In this document: piece after piece, positions 39,554-57,296 of the stretch
Layout: the number at the start of each line of letters is the position of its first letter
How positions within the stretch are numbered: position 1 is the stretch's first letter
Origin: the human T2T-CHM13v2.0 reference genome, Homo sapiens
Length of the DNA: 64,000 bases
NCBI RefSeq assembly: GCF_009914755.1
Contig: NC_060930.1
Direction: 5' to 3' (one strand)
Notes under the pieces: model-generated
Told to the model about the DNA's origin: nothing
The model's database searches: none
Seen by the model: only the letters and a program-made list of their open reading frames with translations
Translations under genes and position numbers: made by a program

Positions 39554-41097
39554 TTATAAAAACACTGGCGTTCAGGCTACTGTTAGTTACAGTGCTCTGA
39601 TTTGCTCTAATTTGACTGAATTACTTTTTTGCCATTTAAAATCAATTTTACAAACTTTAGCATGAAGAAATTTTTACTACAAAAAGCGGAAAAATGGCCA
39701 GGTGCAGCGGCTCACACCTATAATCCCAGCACTTTGGGAGATCTAGGCAGGAAGACTGCTTGATCCCAGGAGTTTGAGACTAGCCTAGCGAGATCTTGTC
39801 GCTCCTACCCAAAAAAAAAAAAAAATAGCCAGATGAGGTGGCACATTCCTGTAGTCTCAGCTACTTGGGAAGCTGAGGTGGGAGAAGTGCTTGCGCCCAG
39901 GAGGATGAGGCTGCAGGGAGCCATGATCACATCACTGTACTCCAGCCTGGGAGACAGAGCAAGATCCTGACTTGGGGGAAAAAAAGGAAAAATGTTAAAG
40001 CTTGCTTCATAAATAAAATGAAAAGCTCTCCCACACACAAAAAAACTTCTGACTCAACATGTATACGTTTCTTCTGGTGCACTGGATTAGTTGAGGAGGC
40101 TACCCTAAAAACTACCAAAGTGATATATTAGGCAAAGTTCTTGGTTGCAAGCAACAAAGCCTGGCTGTCTGAAGCCAAAAAGGAATTTATTGGAAAAAAT
40201 ATCAAATGCTCAGAATATTGGAGTGGCAAGGACTATAGGACCAATCTTAGAAGATAGGCCCACACTATGAGCACTCCAGAGGTGGCAGCAAAAGCCACAG
40301 CCTGGGTCTATAGCACAAACATCTGGTCAGCACACAGTCACTGCCTTGCCCCACCCATCCCTTTGGCCTCCTCAGGCCTCCAACTGGTGGAGCCTTAGTC
40401 CCGCATCCACATGGCCACACCAGAGAAGAGAGCTAGGTGGAGGATGGGTCCCTCCCTCTCTCCAAGAAGGGCATTCTCCAAAAAGAATGGTACTCTTCTA
40501 ATTTTATGCCAGAAAAATCAATCATTCAATACACTCCGCATCCCTGCACCACAGCCACCCAAACTCTTCTCTAGTGGCACCATTGTGTATGCTTATTGCT
40601 TCTACCATCCCTGGCCTCTTCTGCCCAGTCTGGCCATAGCACACCCTCCTCCAAGTCCATGATCAAGTCTTATGCCAAGACCTTCTCAGTCATACATCTT
40701 TATCAAACCCAAGAAGAATTCACCTCCCCTCTTCTTTCACCCACAGCAACGTAGTTCTAGTTTTCTTTTCATTAGCACAACAGCTCCATGATCTGTATAG
40801 ACTCATGGAAAATAGAAAAGTCCACCTATATCAGTATTTGTTTAGTTTTCAATGTTTCAAAATAAAATTTAGATTTGCTAAATGTGTGACATAGTATAAA
40901 AGTATGGACTTTTTATACTTTTTATGACTTATTATAAAAGTAATCCATGGTGGGGTACAGTGGCTCACACCTGTAATCCCAGCACTTTGGGAGGCCAAGG
41001 TGGGCAGATCGCCTCAGGCCAGGAGTTTGAAACCAGCCTGGCCAACATGGCGAAACCCCATCTCCACTAAAAATACAAAAATTAGCTGGGCGTGTTA

Positions 41098-41313
<216 letters not shown>

Positions 41314-41396
41314 TCAAGTGATCATCCCACCTTGTCCTCCCAGGGTGCTGGGATTACAGGCTTGAGACACTGTACCAGCCCAAAGATTGTATTTTA

Positions 41397-41709
<313 letters not shown>

Positions 41710-41773
41710 TCAGTTTTCTTTTATGCAGTAAAGTACTAATTTTTATCTATTTATTTATTTATTTATTTTTTGA

Positions 41774-41926
<153 letters not shown>

Positions 41927-43526
41927 TGACCAAGCTGGTCTTGAACTTTTGACCTCAGGTGATCCACCCTCCTCGGCCTCCCAAAGTGCTGGGATTACAG
42001 GCGCGAGCCACAGCGCCCAGCCCTATTTATTTTTTTTTTAAGAGAAAGGATCTTGCTCTGTCACCCAGGTTGGAGTACAGTGGCACGACCATGGCTCACT
42101 GCAGCCTCAAACTCCTAGACTCAAGTAATCCTCCTGCCTCAGCCTCCCAAATAGGTGAGATTATAGGCAAGAGTCACTGCAGCCAGCTAAAGTACTAATT
42201 TTTAGTGGTATATAGCATCCATACCATGAAATGAAAAGTAGATGAAATCATGAAGGATTTTCCTGGTTGATTTCACTGTTAGTTACAGGGTTCAAAATGG
42301 ATAGAATTCTCTGTTGAGATCTTTGTTTTCATGTCCTTGGGGATGAGAAAAAGGGTCATCACTCTCTCATAGACACTGGACTGGGCCTCTTACTTTCTCT
42401 CTTTCTTCCAGCACAGATTAGGGGGACAGGCAGGGAATAACAGCTTTCTTTATCCACAATACGTTAATACAAACAGGCTTCCAAAGGCTGCATATCTGGG
42501 CCTCTGACTTAGACGGCCCAGTGTCCTTCACCTAGGATATTCTTCAACTACCCATATTCGACCAAGCTGTTCAGGTCTAGCCTGCTCCATAAAGTCATCC
42601 CTGACACTCTAGCTCATCTTTCTTCAAAGGCTTCTCCAATTCCTATAAACACCTCTCTCCATACTTCTCTATTTTACACTCCAAACTGCATCTTATTTTG
42701 CTTTTTAGACAGGGTCTTACTCTGTCACCCAGGCTGAAGTGCAGTGGCACAACCATGACTTACTGCAGCCTTGACCTCCCACGCTCCAGTGATCCTCCCA
42801 TCACAGCCTCCCAAGTAGCTAGGACCACAGGCGCACACCACCACACCAGGCTAATTTTTAAATTTTTTTATAGAGACGAGGTCCCACTACATTGCTCAGC
42901 CTTGTCTCAAACTCTTGAGCTCAAGCAATCCTCCCACTCGGCTTCCCAAAGGGCTAAGATTGCAGGTGTGAGTCACTGCACCCGGCCTAAATTGCATCTT
43001 GCCAGTAGACTGAAGCTCAGATTCTGTATTCTACACATTTTAAAACTCTTCAGTTTGAAGTATTCTTTATAGATACCACAATACAATTACTTTTGTAACC
43101 AAAAATAATAATTCCCTCTTGAAAAAAAAATGACCCATACACCCTGGCAGAAGGATGATTGTGCCCAGCTAAAATAATTGAACCTACAAAAAAAAACCCA
43201 CAGAAATACAATTATTATATACAGAAATTCTCTGGACTGTTTTCCTAACTCATATTGGCAATAAAATCTAAAAGTTTTGTCTTACTATTATTAAAGGCAG
43301 ACTATCCAAACTGCAAAGCCTCCTAGGAAGAAATCAATACCACAGTGATAGATGTAAAAGCCCTGAGTCAGGGCTCAGCACATTTGGTTAATGATGGCTG
43401 AATATAAGCCTAGCAATCAAATCATTTCTGCAAAAAGGAAGCAAATAAAAATATTAAATAATCGGCTGGGCACGGTGGCTCACACCTGTAATCCCAGCAC
43501 TTTGGGAGGCCGAGGCAGGCAGATCA

Positions 43527-43736
<210 letters not shown>

Positions 43737-44587
43737 CTATCTCAAAAAAAAAAAAAAAAAAAAAAAAAAATTAAATAATCAAACAGGCCAGATGTGGTGG
43801 CTCGTGCACGTAATCCCAACACTTCGGGAGGGCAAGGAGGGAGGATCACTTGAGCCAGGAGTTCCAGACCAGTCTGGGCAACATAATGAAACCTCATCTC
43901 TACAAAAAATAAAAAAAATATATATTAGGAGGGTGTGGTGGCACATGCCTGTAGTCCCAGCTACTCAGGAGGCTGAGGTGAGAGCATCACTTGCGCCCGG
44001 AAGGTTGGGGCTGCATTGAGCTATGATCACACCACTACACTCCAGCCTGGGTGGCAGACCCAGACCCTGTCTCAAAACACAAACAAACAAATTTCAAAGT
44101 ATAAGCACAATGTAACTTCTCTTTTTTTGTTTGTTTTGTAACTTTTCTTAATGTATATTTTATTAGGATTTCTAAATATTCAAATAAAAATCATGGTTAG
44201 GTATAGTGGCTCACACCTGTAATCCCAGCACTTTGGAAGGTCAAGGCAGGAGGGCTGCTGCTTCGGTCAAGGCAGGAGGGCTGCTGCTTCAGCTCAGGAG
44301 TTTGAGACCAGCCTGAGCAACATAGCAAGACCCTGTCTCTACTAAAAATAAATTAGCCAGGCATGGTGGTGCATGCCTGTAATCTTAGCTACACGGGAGG
44401 CTGAGGAAGGAGGATCGCTTGAGCTCAGGAGGTCAAGGCTGCAGTTAGCCATGACTGCATCACAGCACACCAACCTGGATGACAGAGCAAGACCCTGTCT
44501 CAAAAAAAAAAGGAAAGGCCGGGCGCGGTGGTTCTCACCTGTAATCCTAGCACTTTGGGAGGCCGAGGAGGGTGGATCACAAGGTCA

Positions 44588-44935
<348 letters not shown>

Positions 44936-46344
44936 TTAAATAACCAAGCCGAAGAAAAGATTTTCTAAGCAGTTCATAAAACTTTACTGTTTTATGAACA
45001 AAGAGATCAACTAATTGTATACAAAGGAAGTCTATTTAAGGGATCATTTCATTTTATGGTGTTTTCTTTTTGGAGCCAGGGTCTCTCTCACTCTGTTGCC
45101 CAGGCTGGAGTGCAGTGATGCAAACACAGCTCACCACATCCTAGACATCCCCAGCTCAAGCGATCCTCCCACGTAGGCCTCCCAAAATGCTGAGCAGTCT
45201 TATTTATCCATGTATTCCCAAGGTCTTACACAGACACTCCAAAAATGTGTGCTGAAGAAATGAATAAACAATTGTATTCCTGAACAAGGGCCCTTCCTTT
45301 CTGTACTAGGCTATGAAGATATAGATTGCTTCAGACACAGCACACAGTAGATGTGCAGCACTATTTTTATTGAGAAATGAGAATTAAAGCAGAAACAAAG
45401 AAGTAGGATTGGGGCAAAGACATAAAAAGAATGGAGACTGCAGTATGAATTCAGACCAGAATTCACACCTTGGGAAGGAGGCAAAAAATAACGTAATGGA
45501 AGACATGACTAACTGGTATTAGGCAAACAGAAGGGAAAGCAGGGGAAAAAAGCTTCCAGGAAAGATTTTGAGAAATGAGAAGCAGAAATGTCCAGTCATG
45601 ACGGGATCAATGAACCCATCATGATCTTAGAGCAATGTAATATTGAACGGTGACCAAGATGTGTTACAAAAGGACTCCCAAACCACCTTGGGATCTGCTG
45701 GAAGCCCTTTGTCATGATTATTGCCTCTGGGATTGCTACCTGTGTCTTACTCTCTTCTCTAGAGCCTGCTGGAAGGTGCAGTCTGCAGAGACGTCAGTCC
45801 ACCTGCTCCTCTGGGGCATTTTACAGACAAACAGGCCACCAGTCTCTGCCCACTGAAGAGCTCCAATGTCAATCATCTCTCCGTTCCAACCTGGTGAGCT
45901 GAAGGATCTGAGAAAATGTGAAGCAGCTCCCCTTTGCCAAGAGATATAGGGCTTCTAGTGGAAAAGTACAACAAACGAACCTAACAACTTAGGAACAGCT
46001 TCATCCTTTCTTTATTAAAACAGCTTTAAGGCACAGGGAAATCTAACTCACACAATCCTATTAGTAGTCATTTTTCTCCCTGGGTAAAAACAGACCCGTT
46101 AGGAGCAGCTTTAACTTTCCTAGGCACTGTGATGTCATTTGTTGTATGTTCTGTATCATTTGGCCTTTCTAAGAGTACAAACAAGCCCATCCCTGTCTCT
46201 CACTTCTCCTCACAGAGGCTCTAAAAAAGGAAAGGCTGGGGGAAGAGGGATAATCTCACTGGAAGTACTTTAGCAGGGCCAAAGTTGAATAATATGACAG
46301 ATGAATATCATATTACCCAATTTTGGATTATAAAATCTTACTCA

Positions 46345-47151
<807 letters not shown>

Positions 47152-47565
47152 TTTTGTTTGTTTGAATTGTTAAGTTGTCTTTCTTTCATATGCCACATCC
47201 ATAATCAATGACCTATGTTTTCCAGTCCTAGTTTTTATAAAGAACAAAAACCTAAAAACATTCATGAAGTAATCTATGTGCAGAGTCCTTCTAGACTTTT
47301 AAGATCCCCTCTCCAGTCTTCTCAGTTTGTTTGTCCATATAAGTGAGCAGTAATTTCTTTTTTTTTTTTTTTGAGACAGACTCTTACTCTGTCACCTAGG
47401 CTGGAGTGCAGTGGCGTGCTGTTGGCTCACTGCAACCTCCGTCTCCTGGGTTCAAGCAATTCTTGTGCCTCAGCCTCCCATGTAGCTGGGACTACAGGCT
47501 GCACACCACCGTGCCTGGCTAGTTTTGTATTTTCAGTAAAGAGGGGGTTTCACCATGTTGCCTAG

Positions 47566-47685
<120 letters not shown>

Positions 47686-48310
47686 TAAGTTGCACAATTA
47701 CAATAACAAGTACAATGAACATAAACAGATAAAGGAATAGAGGTAACTAATTGTAATCACACAATTTGGCAGCTGGGAGGCCACCTGGTTGGGGTACACC
47801 AGACCCAGCAGCCTGCTGTGTAACAGCCAAGCATTCAGTGTACCAAGCTGGTTAAAGTGGTGGTTGGTTAAGAAACTGTATATCAGGTTCAAACTACTGT
47901 AATAAATGTTAGTTACCACAAATACCCAATTTAAAGATGTTATCAACATACCAATAACAATCAGTATAACTTTTTAAGTGGGAAGTTTTTTCCTGTTAAT
48001 TTTTGTTTGTCAACAAGAAGAGAAGCCAGAAAAAGAAAAGGTAATCATTTTCATCATGCTGTTTGGTCTGTTTGTTCTTCCATCTCTCCCATTAGACTCT
48101 AAGCTCCCTGCATGTCTGTCTCCTTCATAACAGTATCACAGAACTTGGCACTCAATGAGTGTTCAATAAATTTGCTATGTTGACACATCCTAACCTGGAT
48201 CAGAATTTCAGCCTCTCATTGCTGGTCTATAAATAAAGTTTTCTGGGGCTGGGGAAAAAAAAAACCTAGAATGATAGGTTTGGCTACCCATGATCTATTA
48301 CCTTCTAATA

Positions 48311-49957
48311 TAGTCATGGACTATATAACATTTCAGTCAACTACAGACCACATATACAAGAGTAGTCCCAAGAGATTATAATGGAGTTGAGAAATTCCTA
48401 TCCCATCATAGCTGTGGTGTCACAGCACAATGCATTACTCATGTGTTTATGGTGAGTACACAATCAAACCTACTGTGCTGCCGGTCATATAAAAGTCTAG
48501 CACAGCTGAGCACGGTGGCTCATGCCTGTAATCCCAGCACTTAGGGAGGCTGAGGATGCAGATTGCCTTAGTCCAGGAGTTCAAGACCAGCCTGGGCAAC
48601 ATGCCGAAACCCTATCTCTACAAAAAAATACAAAAATTAGCCAGGCATGGTGGCATGTGCCTGGAGCCCCAGATACTTGTTGAGGTGGGAGGATCGCTTA
48701 AGCCCAGAAGGTCAAGGCTGCAGTGAGCTGTGATCACACCATTATACTCCAGCCTGGGCAACAGAGTAAGACCCTGTCTCAAAACAACAACAACAAAATG
48801 TAGCACATACAATTATGTGCAGTACATAATACTTGATAGTAAATGACTATTACTGGTTTCTGTATTTACTATACTGTACTTTTTATTGTTTAACTGTAGA
48901 GTGTATTCTCTCTATTTTTTTAAAAAGTTAATTGTAAAACAGTCTCAGAAGAAGGGATTGTTATCATAGGAGATGATAGCTCCACGCCTGTTACTCTCCT
49001 GAAGACCTCCCAGTGGGATAAGATGTGGAGGTGGAAGACAGTGATACTGATGATCCTGACCCTGTGTAGGCCTAGGTTAATGTGTGTTTGTGTCTTTGTT
49101 TTCAACCAAAGAAAAAGCTTAAAAAGTAAAATATGGGTAGCCAGAGGAACAAAAAGTAAAACAAACAAATACTAAATAATATTTTTAAATAAAGTTTCTA
49201 GAATAAAGATATAATGAAGAAAACATTAGCCAGGCATGGCGGCATACACCAGTTGTCCTAGCTGCTTGGGAGGCTGAGGTGGAAGGATCACTTGAGCCCA
49301 GGAATTCAAGACCAGCCTGGGGAACAGAGCAAGATCTCATCTCTTTTTAAAAAAAAAAAAAAAAAAAAAAAGTGATTTTAGTATGACAGGAAAGAAAGAG
49401 AAAAATATTGTTATATAGCTGTACAATGTGTTTTAAGTATTACAAACGAGTCAGAATGTTAAAAAATGTAAAAGTTTATAAAGTAAAAAAATTACAGTAA
49501 GCTAAGGTTAATTTATTATCGAAGAAAAATAATTTTTTGATTTAGTGCAAGCTAAGCTGTACAGTGTTTCTGTAGTGTACAGTAATGCCCTAGGCCTTCG
49601 CATTTACTCACCGCTCACTCACTGATGCACCCAGAGCAACTTCCAGTCATAATAAGTGCCCTGGTCAGGTGAACCATTTTTTATTTTTTGTACCGTATTT
49701 TTCCTGTACTTTGCTTGTTTAGATATGTTTAGATACACAAATACTACTGCATTACAATTGCCTATTTATTCAGTACAGTCACATGCTGTACAGTTTTGCA
49801 GCTTAGGAGCAATAGGCTATACCATATAGCCTACATGTGCAGTAGGCTATACCATCCAGGTATGTGTAAGTACATTCTATGATGTTTACACAACAACAAA
49901 ATCACCTAATGATGCATTTCTCAGTACGTATCCCCAACGTTAAGCGACACATGGCTG
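48311..49957 (+). mobile_element. Tigger3/MER7-type TcMar DNA transposon, interrupted by two Alus
   Basis: Ends (t)agtcatg... and ...gttaagcgacacatggctg, TA on both sides; internal sequence resembles Tigger3b. Confidence 0.85.
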
Positions 49958-50655
49958 TATTTTCATCTCTTTTTCTTCACATTCCATGTATGCTTCTTGA
50001 CATTGCTTAAATTTATAAATCAAGGTCCTATTTATACTTATATTACTACTGTATTAATGCTAATAATATTCTGTAAACTATTCTATCTTGATTAAGGCCA
50101 TTAGTGCCCATTAAAATTTTTTTTAATTGGGTTGAATGCCTTATTCGGTTGGAATTTTACATTCCCACAATGTGTGGCAGCTAATGCTTCTGGCACATCT
50201 ACTGAGAACATAAAAGTTCTCCTGGAACTAACAAATTACTTCCCTTCCAACATAATTATATAATCTGAGAGTTGAAAAGCACCCTAGAGATTATTCTGTG
50301 GTCCAAAATCCCTCCCAATTAAGGAATCTCATCTAAAACTACTCAACTCTGTCTGCAAGAAGGGATGCTAATATTTAGATTCTCCATGACACAGCGCTGC
50401 AGCCATAGCAGGCTCTTTAATACATGCTTTTTGTTGTTTCTCATACATGTTTGTTGAACTGAACAAATCTAAAATGGACGTATTTCACTCATTTTATTTT
50501 TCTTCCCAGGCTTTAGCTGTAACACCCACTGAATCTGTAATTTAAAGCTTTGCATGATTCCTCGGCTCATTAGCCAACGTTCAAAAAGAAATTCAATAAA
50601 GGAAACTCAATGCATTAAAGAAACTCATTTTAACAGTTTAAAATTTTAAGCTCCT

Positions 50656-52327
<1,672 letters not shown>

Positions 52328-53933
52328 TGGTGTGATTTTTTTAAAACAAACAGTCTTGCATCATTCGTACAACTAAATTATACTTATAATTGGGGTGCTC
52401 ACAGATTTATGCATACTAGTGTAGTAAGACATGCTATTATGCTAATTAGTTTTCCCTTCAGTTAAGAGCCTGTGATCCCATCTGATTTCCCATAACATGA
52501 TATGATAATGAGGAGAATAAAGGCTCTGGAGCAATAAGCACCACCAATAATTTTACTTTACTCAAATATGCATTCCAAAACAGTATATAATTTACAGCAT
52601 GGCCCTGGTTAGCTATTACAATGCATCTGTTTTGGGGACTTTTACAATATATGGTAGGATACAAAGCATACGTTTCCAAATCTCCTTTCGTTCTGTTTTG
52701 CTGAAAGGGAGCACACATGGGATCCCTTAACAACACAATTCACTAACTAATTTTCTTCAGGCAGTAATTCAAATTCCCACTTCCTCCTAAATACCTCTGG
52801 ACAGCAACTCCTGGCAATCCATCTGTCTCTTTCGCCACAGCTTCTTTTCATAACTAACGGGTCAAGTTCCTTTCCCCATTTCGACACTGCACTGTACTGC
52901 GGCCCTGCCACCATAGCCCACTGCTGAATCCAATATAACATATTGGATTTCACTGTCCTTCATTGTTTCCAGTTTAACTGCCATTTTACCACCATGCACA
53001 CGAGAAATGCATTCCCACAGGCATCTTATGAATTTCCAAAGCAGCTACTCTTTTGTGGATTTACAAAACATGTGCTTCTCTGAATTCCCTTCATCACCAC
53101 AGAAACGGCTTTGGGAAGCCGAGATTTTTTTTTAAAGTACCCTACCTATTATAAAAAGAAACTGATTCTAAAACATTATTTTCCTAGCTAATTTAATCCT
53201 AAGAGTCTTCCCACAAGGCAGTGGAGGAACGTCAGGGCAAAAATGTTAAATACCGCTTTTGGTCTTCCCAATTAACATGAAACATTTTCAGCACACAAAG
53301 ATTATTATATCAAATGTCTTTTCTTCTCAGACTACACCATAAAGGCTACCCAGCGCACTGTAAAATAAACAGCTGGCTATGGCTTATGCACAACGCCCTA
53401 AATCTTCCGAAGACACCCCACCCCCACCCCTCGGCTTTGGGCTCACAGACATATAATCCCTCGGCAAACCCCAAACCTGCCAATGAAGTGCACTATTTCT
53501 CTGCCACAAAGGCCGGCCCGCGCCTCGTGCACGCCGGCCTCCGCACACATGTGCCTGGCTGACAACTGCGGAGCGGCCCTTCCAGGATCAAAGCCGTTGG
53601 CCTGGACCGAAAGCCGCACTCTTCCCAGCCCACTGCCTTCTCCCGCGGCCGCTCTCCCCGGTAACAGGCGGCGGAACCGAAGCGCTCCAGCCACAAGCCG
53701 GCTACCCCCTCCGCCCGGCGCGCCCTGTGCAGCCGCACTCAAACCCGCTTCCCCTCAGCCCCAACGTCCTTTCTCCTTCCCCCTTTTTTCGCCTCAGGAA
53801 ATTCCATCGGAACTTCATTCCGCCCGAGCGGGGCGGCCCTGGCACACCCTCCTCCGGCGGCCGCGCCCCTCGCGCCTCCACCCGAAGGGGCCGGAGACCC
53901 GGCGACCCCGGCCCGCCCAGCCTGCCGCCTCAC

Positions 53934-54032
53934 CTCCTCCTCGCTCTCGCTGCGGAAACACAGGCATGCGGCCCGCTTCTTGTAGCCGTCGCCGTCGTAG
54001 GTGCGGGTCTGGTTCGACTTGAGCTTCATCAT
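53934..54032 (-). CDS. NUDT3: NUDT3 coding exon 1 (MMKLKSNQTRTYDGDGYKKRAACLCFRSESEEE), 99 nt, phase 0
   Basis: Translation matches the DIPP1/NUDT3 N-terminus; ends at donor GAG|GTGAGG (plus strand cctcac 53928-53933); lies in a CpG island. Confidence 0.97.
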
Positions 54033-54194
54033 CCTCCGGGCCCGGGTGGGGGTGCGGTGCGGGTCGCAGGAGTCGAGGGGTGGGGAGCCCGCTCTGGACG
54101 GCCGCGTGCGCGCGCGCCCCCGGCTCGGCCAAGGGAAGCAGGGAGGGGGAGCTTCTCCGCTACACGGCTCCGCCGCTGGCCCGCCGCGGCCGCC

Positions 54195-54314
54195 TCATTC
54201 CCCCAGGCCCAGGTCCCGCGCCGCCGCTGCCACCGTCACGGCTGCCGTCTCCGCTGCCGCCAGGGCCGCCGCCCCCTCTGCCGCCGCCACCCCCGACGAC
54301 GACCGCGCCGCCAT
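54195..54314 (-). other. Upstream ORF in the presumed NUDT3 5' UTR, 39 aa MAARSSSGVAAAEGAAALAAAETAAVTVAAAARDLGLGE
   Basis: AAGATGG Kozak context at 54314, TGA at 54197-54195; translation not shown by sequence alone. Confidence 0.6.
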
Positions 54315-54615
54315 CTTGGGCGCGATGCGTCAGCGGCGTAAGGCTGCACCGGCCTGCGGGACGGCCGCGCGCTCGCAGCGCAGGCCGCGTTCGCGAATCG
54401 CGCCCTCCCAGTTCGCGCGGTGGAAACCAGCATCTGAAAGGAGAGGGACGCGCGACTCCAGGCGACCGCTACGCCGGCAGCGTAGGCGTAGAACTGGTGG
54501 GGTGCGCGGAGGAAGCCGGGGGAGATAAGAACAGCGGCGCAGGACGCCTAGCGGCCGGAGCGGAGACCGAGCGGTCCAGCCGCGCAAGTCTGCGGATGGG
54601 GAAGCGGGGACTTGG

Positions 54616-54664
54616 CCAAGGTCACGCCGCGTCTCCGCGGCCGAGGATGAACCAAGGTCACGCC
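54616..54664 (+). promoter_or_regulatory. Two copies of CCAAGGTCACGCC (NR5A/ERR-type extended half sites)
   Basis: Identical 13-mers at 54616-54628 and 54652-54664. Confidence 0.5.
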
Positions 54665-56287
54665 ACCCGCCCCTGGGCCCTGCCGGTCGGTCTCGAAGGG
54701 GTTGAGGGGGAAGGTTTGTTGGAAAAAGGAGGATGTAGTTAAAGGCAACGGAAGCTGCAGCCTGAGACATCTGGGATTTGGAACTGCAAGGAAACGGCGC
54801 ATGGGAGGCGTGTGCACTTTGCGTTGATAGCCTGAACCTCAGGATGTCTTAGGGGCTGGTGCATGTCGCCCATTACAAAGAACAAATATTTATTCTGCAA
54901 TCTTTTATTGATGCTAAAGGTAATTGCTTCCTCTTATGGTAAACAAGAGGGCCAGAAAGGAACACGCGCGCGTGCGTGCGTGTGTACACACATAATGTAA
55001 ATCATAAAACATCATCGTTTCTGGCAATAAATGAGGAGTGTGTGTTGTGGATGTCAAACAGATTCTCCAGGAAAAGATATACAGACAGAAGCTCTCCAGA
55101 AAGGAAAACTGGTGTATGACCTGTGAATGTTCTCAGCAACCCAGAACAAACCAAGTACCATGCAGATGCCCTAAACGTACCAAAAATCCTGTGCAGTATC
55201 TGTCTGTGAGTTGTTTAATACCCTTTTTTGTTTTTTAAATTTTTTTATTTAATTTTTTAAAATTTTTTTATTTAACATTTTGTTGCCCGGGCTGGTCCGG
55301 AATTCCTGGCCTCGAAGCTATCCACCCTCGGCCTCCCAAAGCACTGGGATTACTGGTGTGAGCCACAGCAGCCGGCTAATTCCCCTTTTTGAATTTGCTT
55401 GTATTTAGCATAGTCAAAAAGATCTGGATTTGAAAGCAAATACACCTTGGTTGTAACCTCAATTACATTTTTTTTAATGCTCATACCACCCGATTACATC
55501 ATATTTTAACTTCCGCAAAATAGAGACCTACTTGGCCCTGGCACATAGCAAGCACTCAGGGCACACCAGATGCTATTAATAGTTTGTTTGCCTATTAAAC
55601 TTTCCTCTCTTCAAGAAAAGAAAATTAGAGTTCAGTAAATGTTGAATGAATAGATAGATGGAGGTTTTCTTTTGGTTTCTAATTCCTTACCCTGACTTTT
55701 TATGGGCATGTTTTTGTTTGTTTGGGGTTTTTTGTTTGATTGATTGTTTTTTGGAGACAGGGTCTTGCTGTGTCAATTAAGGTGGAGTGCAGTGGCATAA
55801 TCTCAGCCAGCTCAACTGCAGCCTAGACCTCCTGGGCTCAAGCGATGCTCCCACCTCAGCCTCCCAAGTAACTGGGACCACAGGCGCCTGTCATGCAGCC
55901 TGGAGTGCTACCACGTCCAGCCAACTTTTGTATGTTTTTGTAGAGACAGGGTTTCACCATGTTGCCCAGGCTGGCCTCGAACTCCTGGGCTCAAGCAGTC
56001 CTTCTGCCTCAGCCTCCCAAAGTACTGGGGTTAGAGGCATAAGCCACTGCTCCCAGCCTATGGGCATGTTTAGTTTCAAGAGCCCACAAGATTACTCCCA
56101 GATCCCTTGACTGAGTAATAATTACTTTGTCTTTGTTCAGGGAGCATTAACCAAGGGATTCTGTCCTTTCCTTGAAGATAATGGGTAAGTAGTACATTTA
56201 AATTTGTTTAAAAAAATTATACTCGGCCGGGCGCAGTGGCTCAAGCCTGTAATCCCAGCACTCTGGGAGGCCAAGGTGGGCAGATCA

Positions 56288-56680
<393 letters not shown>

Positions 56681-57197
56681 TCAAATATTTGTAAATTAAA
56701 TAATCTACTTCTAAGTAACCCATGAAACAAAAGTCACAAAAGATAAAATGTTTCTAACTGATATCAGTATTTATGAGGCTTAACTAAAGGAGGCTGGGCG
56801 CAATGGCTCACACCTGTAGTCCCAGCACTTTGGGAGGCTGAGAGGGGCAGATTGCGTGAGTCCAGGAGTTGGAGACCAGCCTGGACAACATGGTGAAACC
56901 CCATCGCTGCAAAAAAAAAAAAAAAAAGCAGTGCTTAGAAGGATATAAATAGATTCAACTAGTATTAGAAAGGAGGAAAAGCTTAAAATCAATAATATAA
57001 ATTTCCACCTTAAGATGCAAGAAAAGGCTGAGTGCAATGGCTCACACCTGTAATCCTAGCACTTTAGGAGGCTGAGACACGTAGACCACTTGAGCCCAGG
57101 AGTTTGAGACCAGCCTAGGCAACATAGTGAAACCCCGTTTCTATGAAAAATACAAAACTTAGCTGGGTATGGTGGCACCAGTAGTCCCAGCTACTCA

Positions 57198-57296
<99 letters not shown>

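Larger units (their letters stand above)
53450..54830. promoter_or_regulatory. NUDT3: CpG island: NUDT3 promoter, 5' UTR and exon 1
   Basis: Very high GC and CpG density; YY1-type motif GCCGCCATCTTG (54307-54318); CRE-like TGACGCAT on minus strand (54325-54332); TTCGCGAA palindrome (54390-54397). Confidence 0.92.

Noticed and set aside
53314-54817. Long overlapping Pro/Arg/Ala-rich ORFs (up to 220 aa) on both strands
   Set aside because: Expected from stop-codon scarcity in a CpG island; only the first 33 codons of ORF 53739-54032 are NUDT3 and the rest is intron
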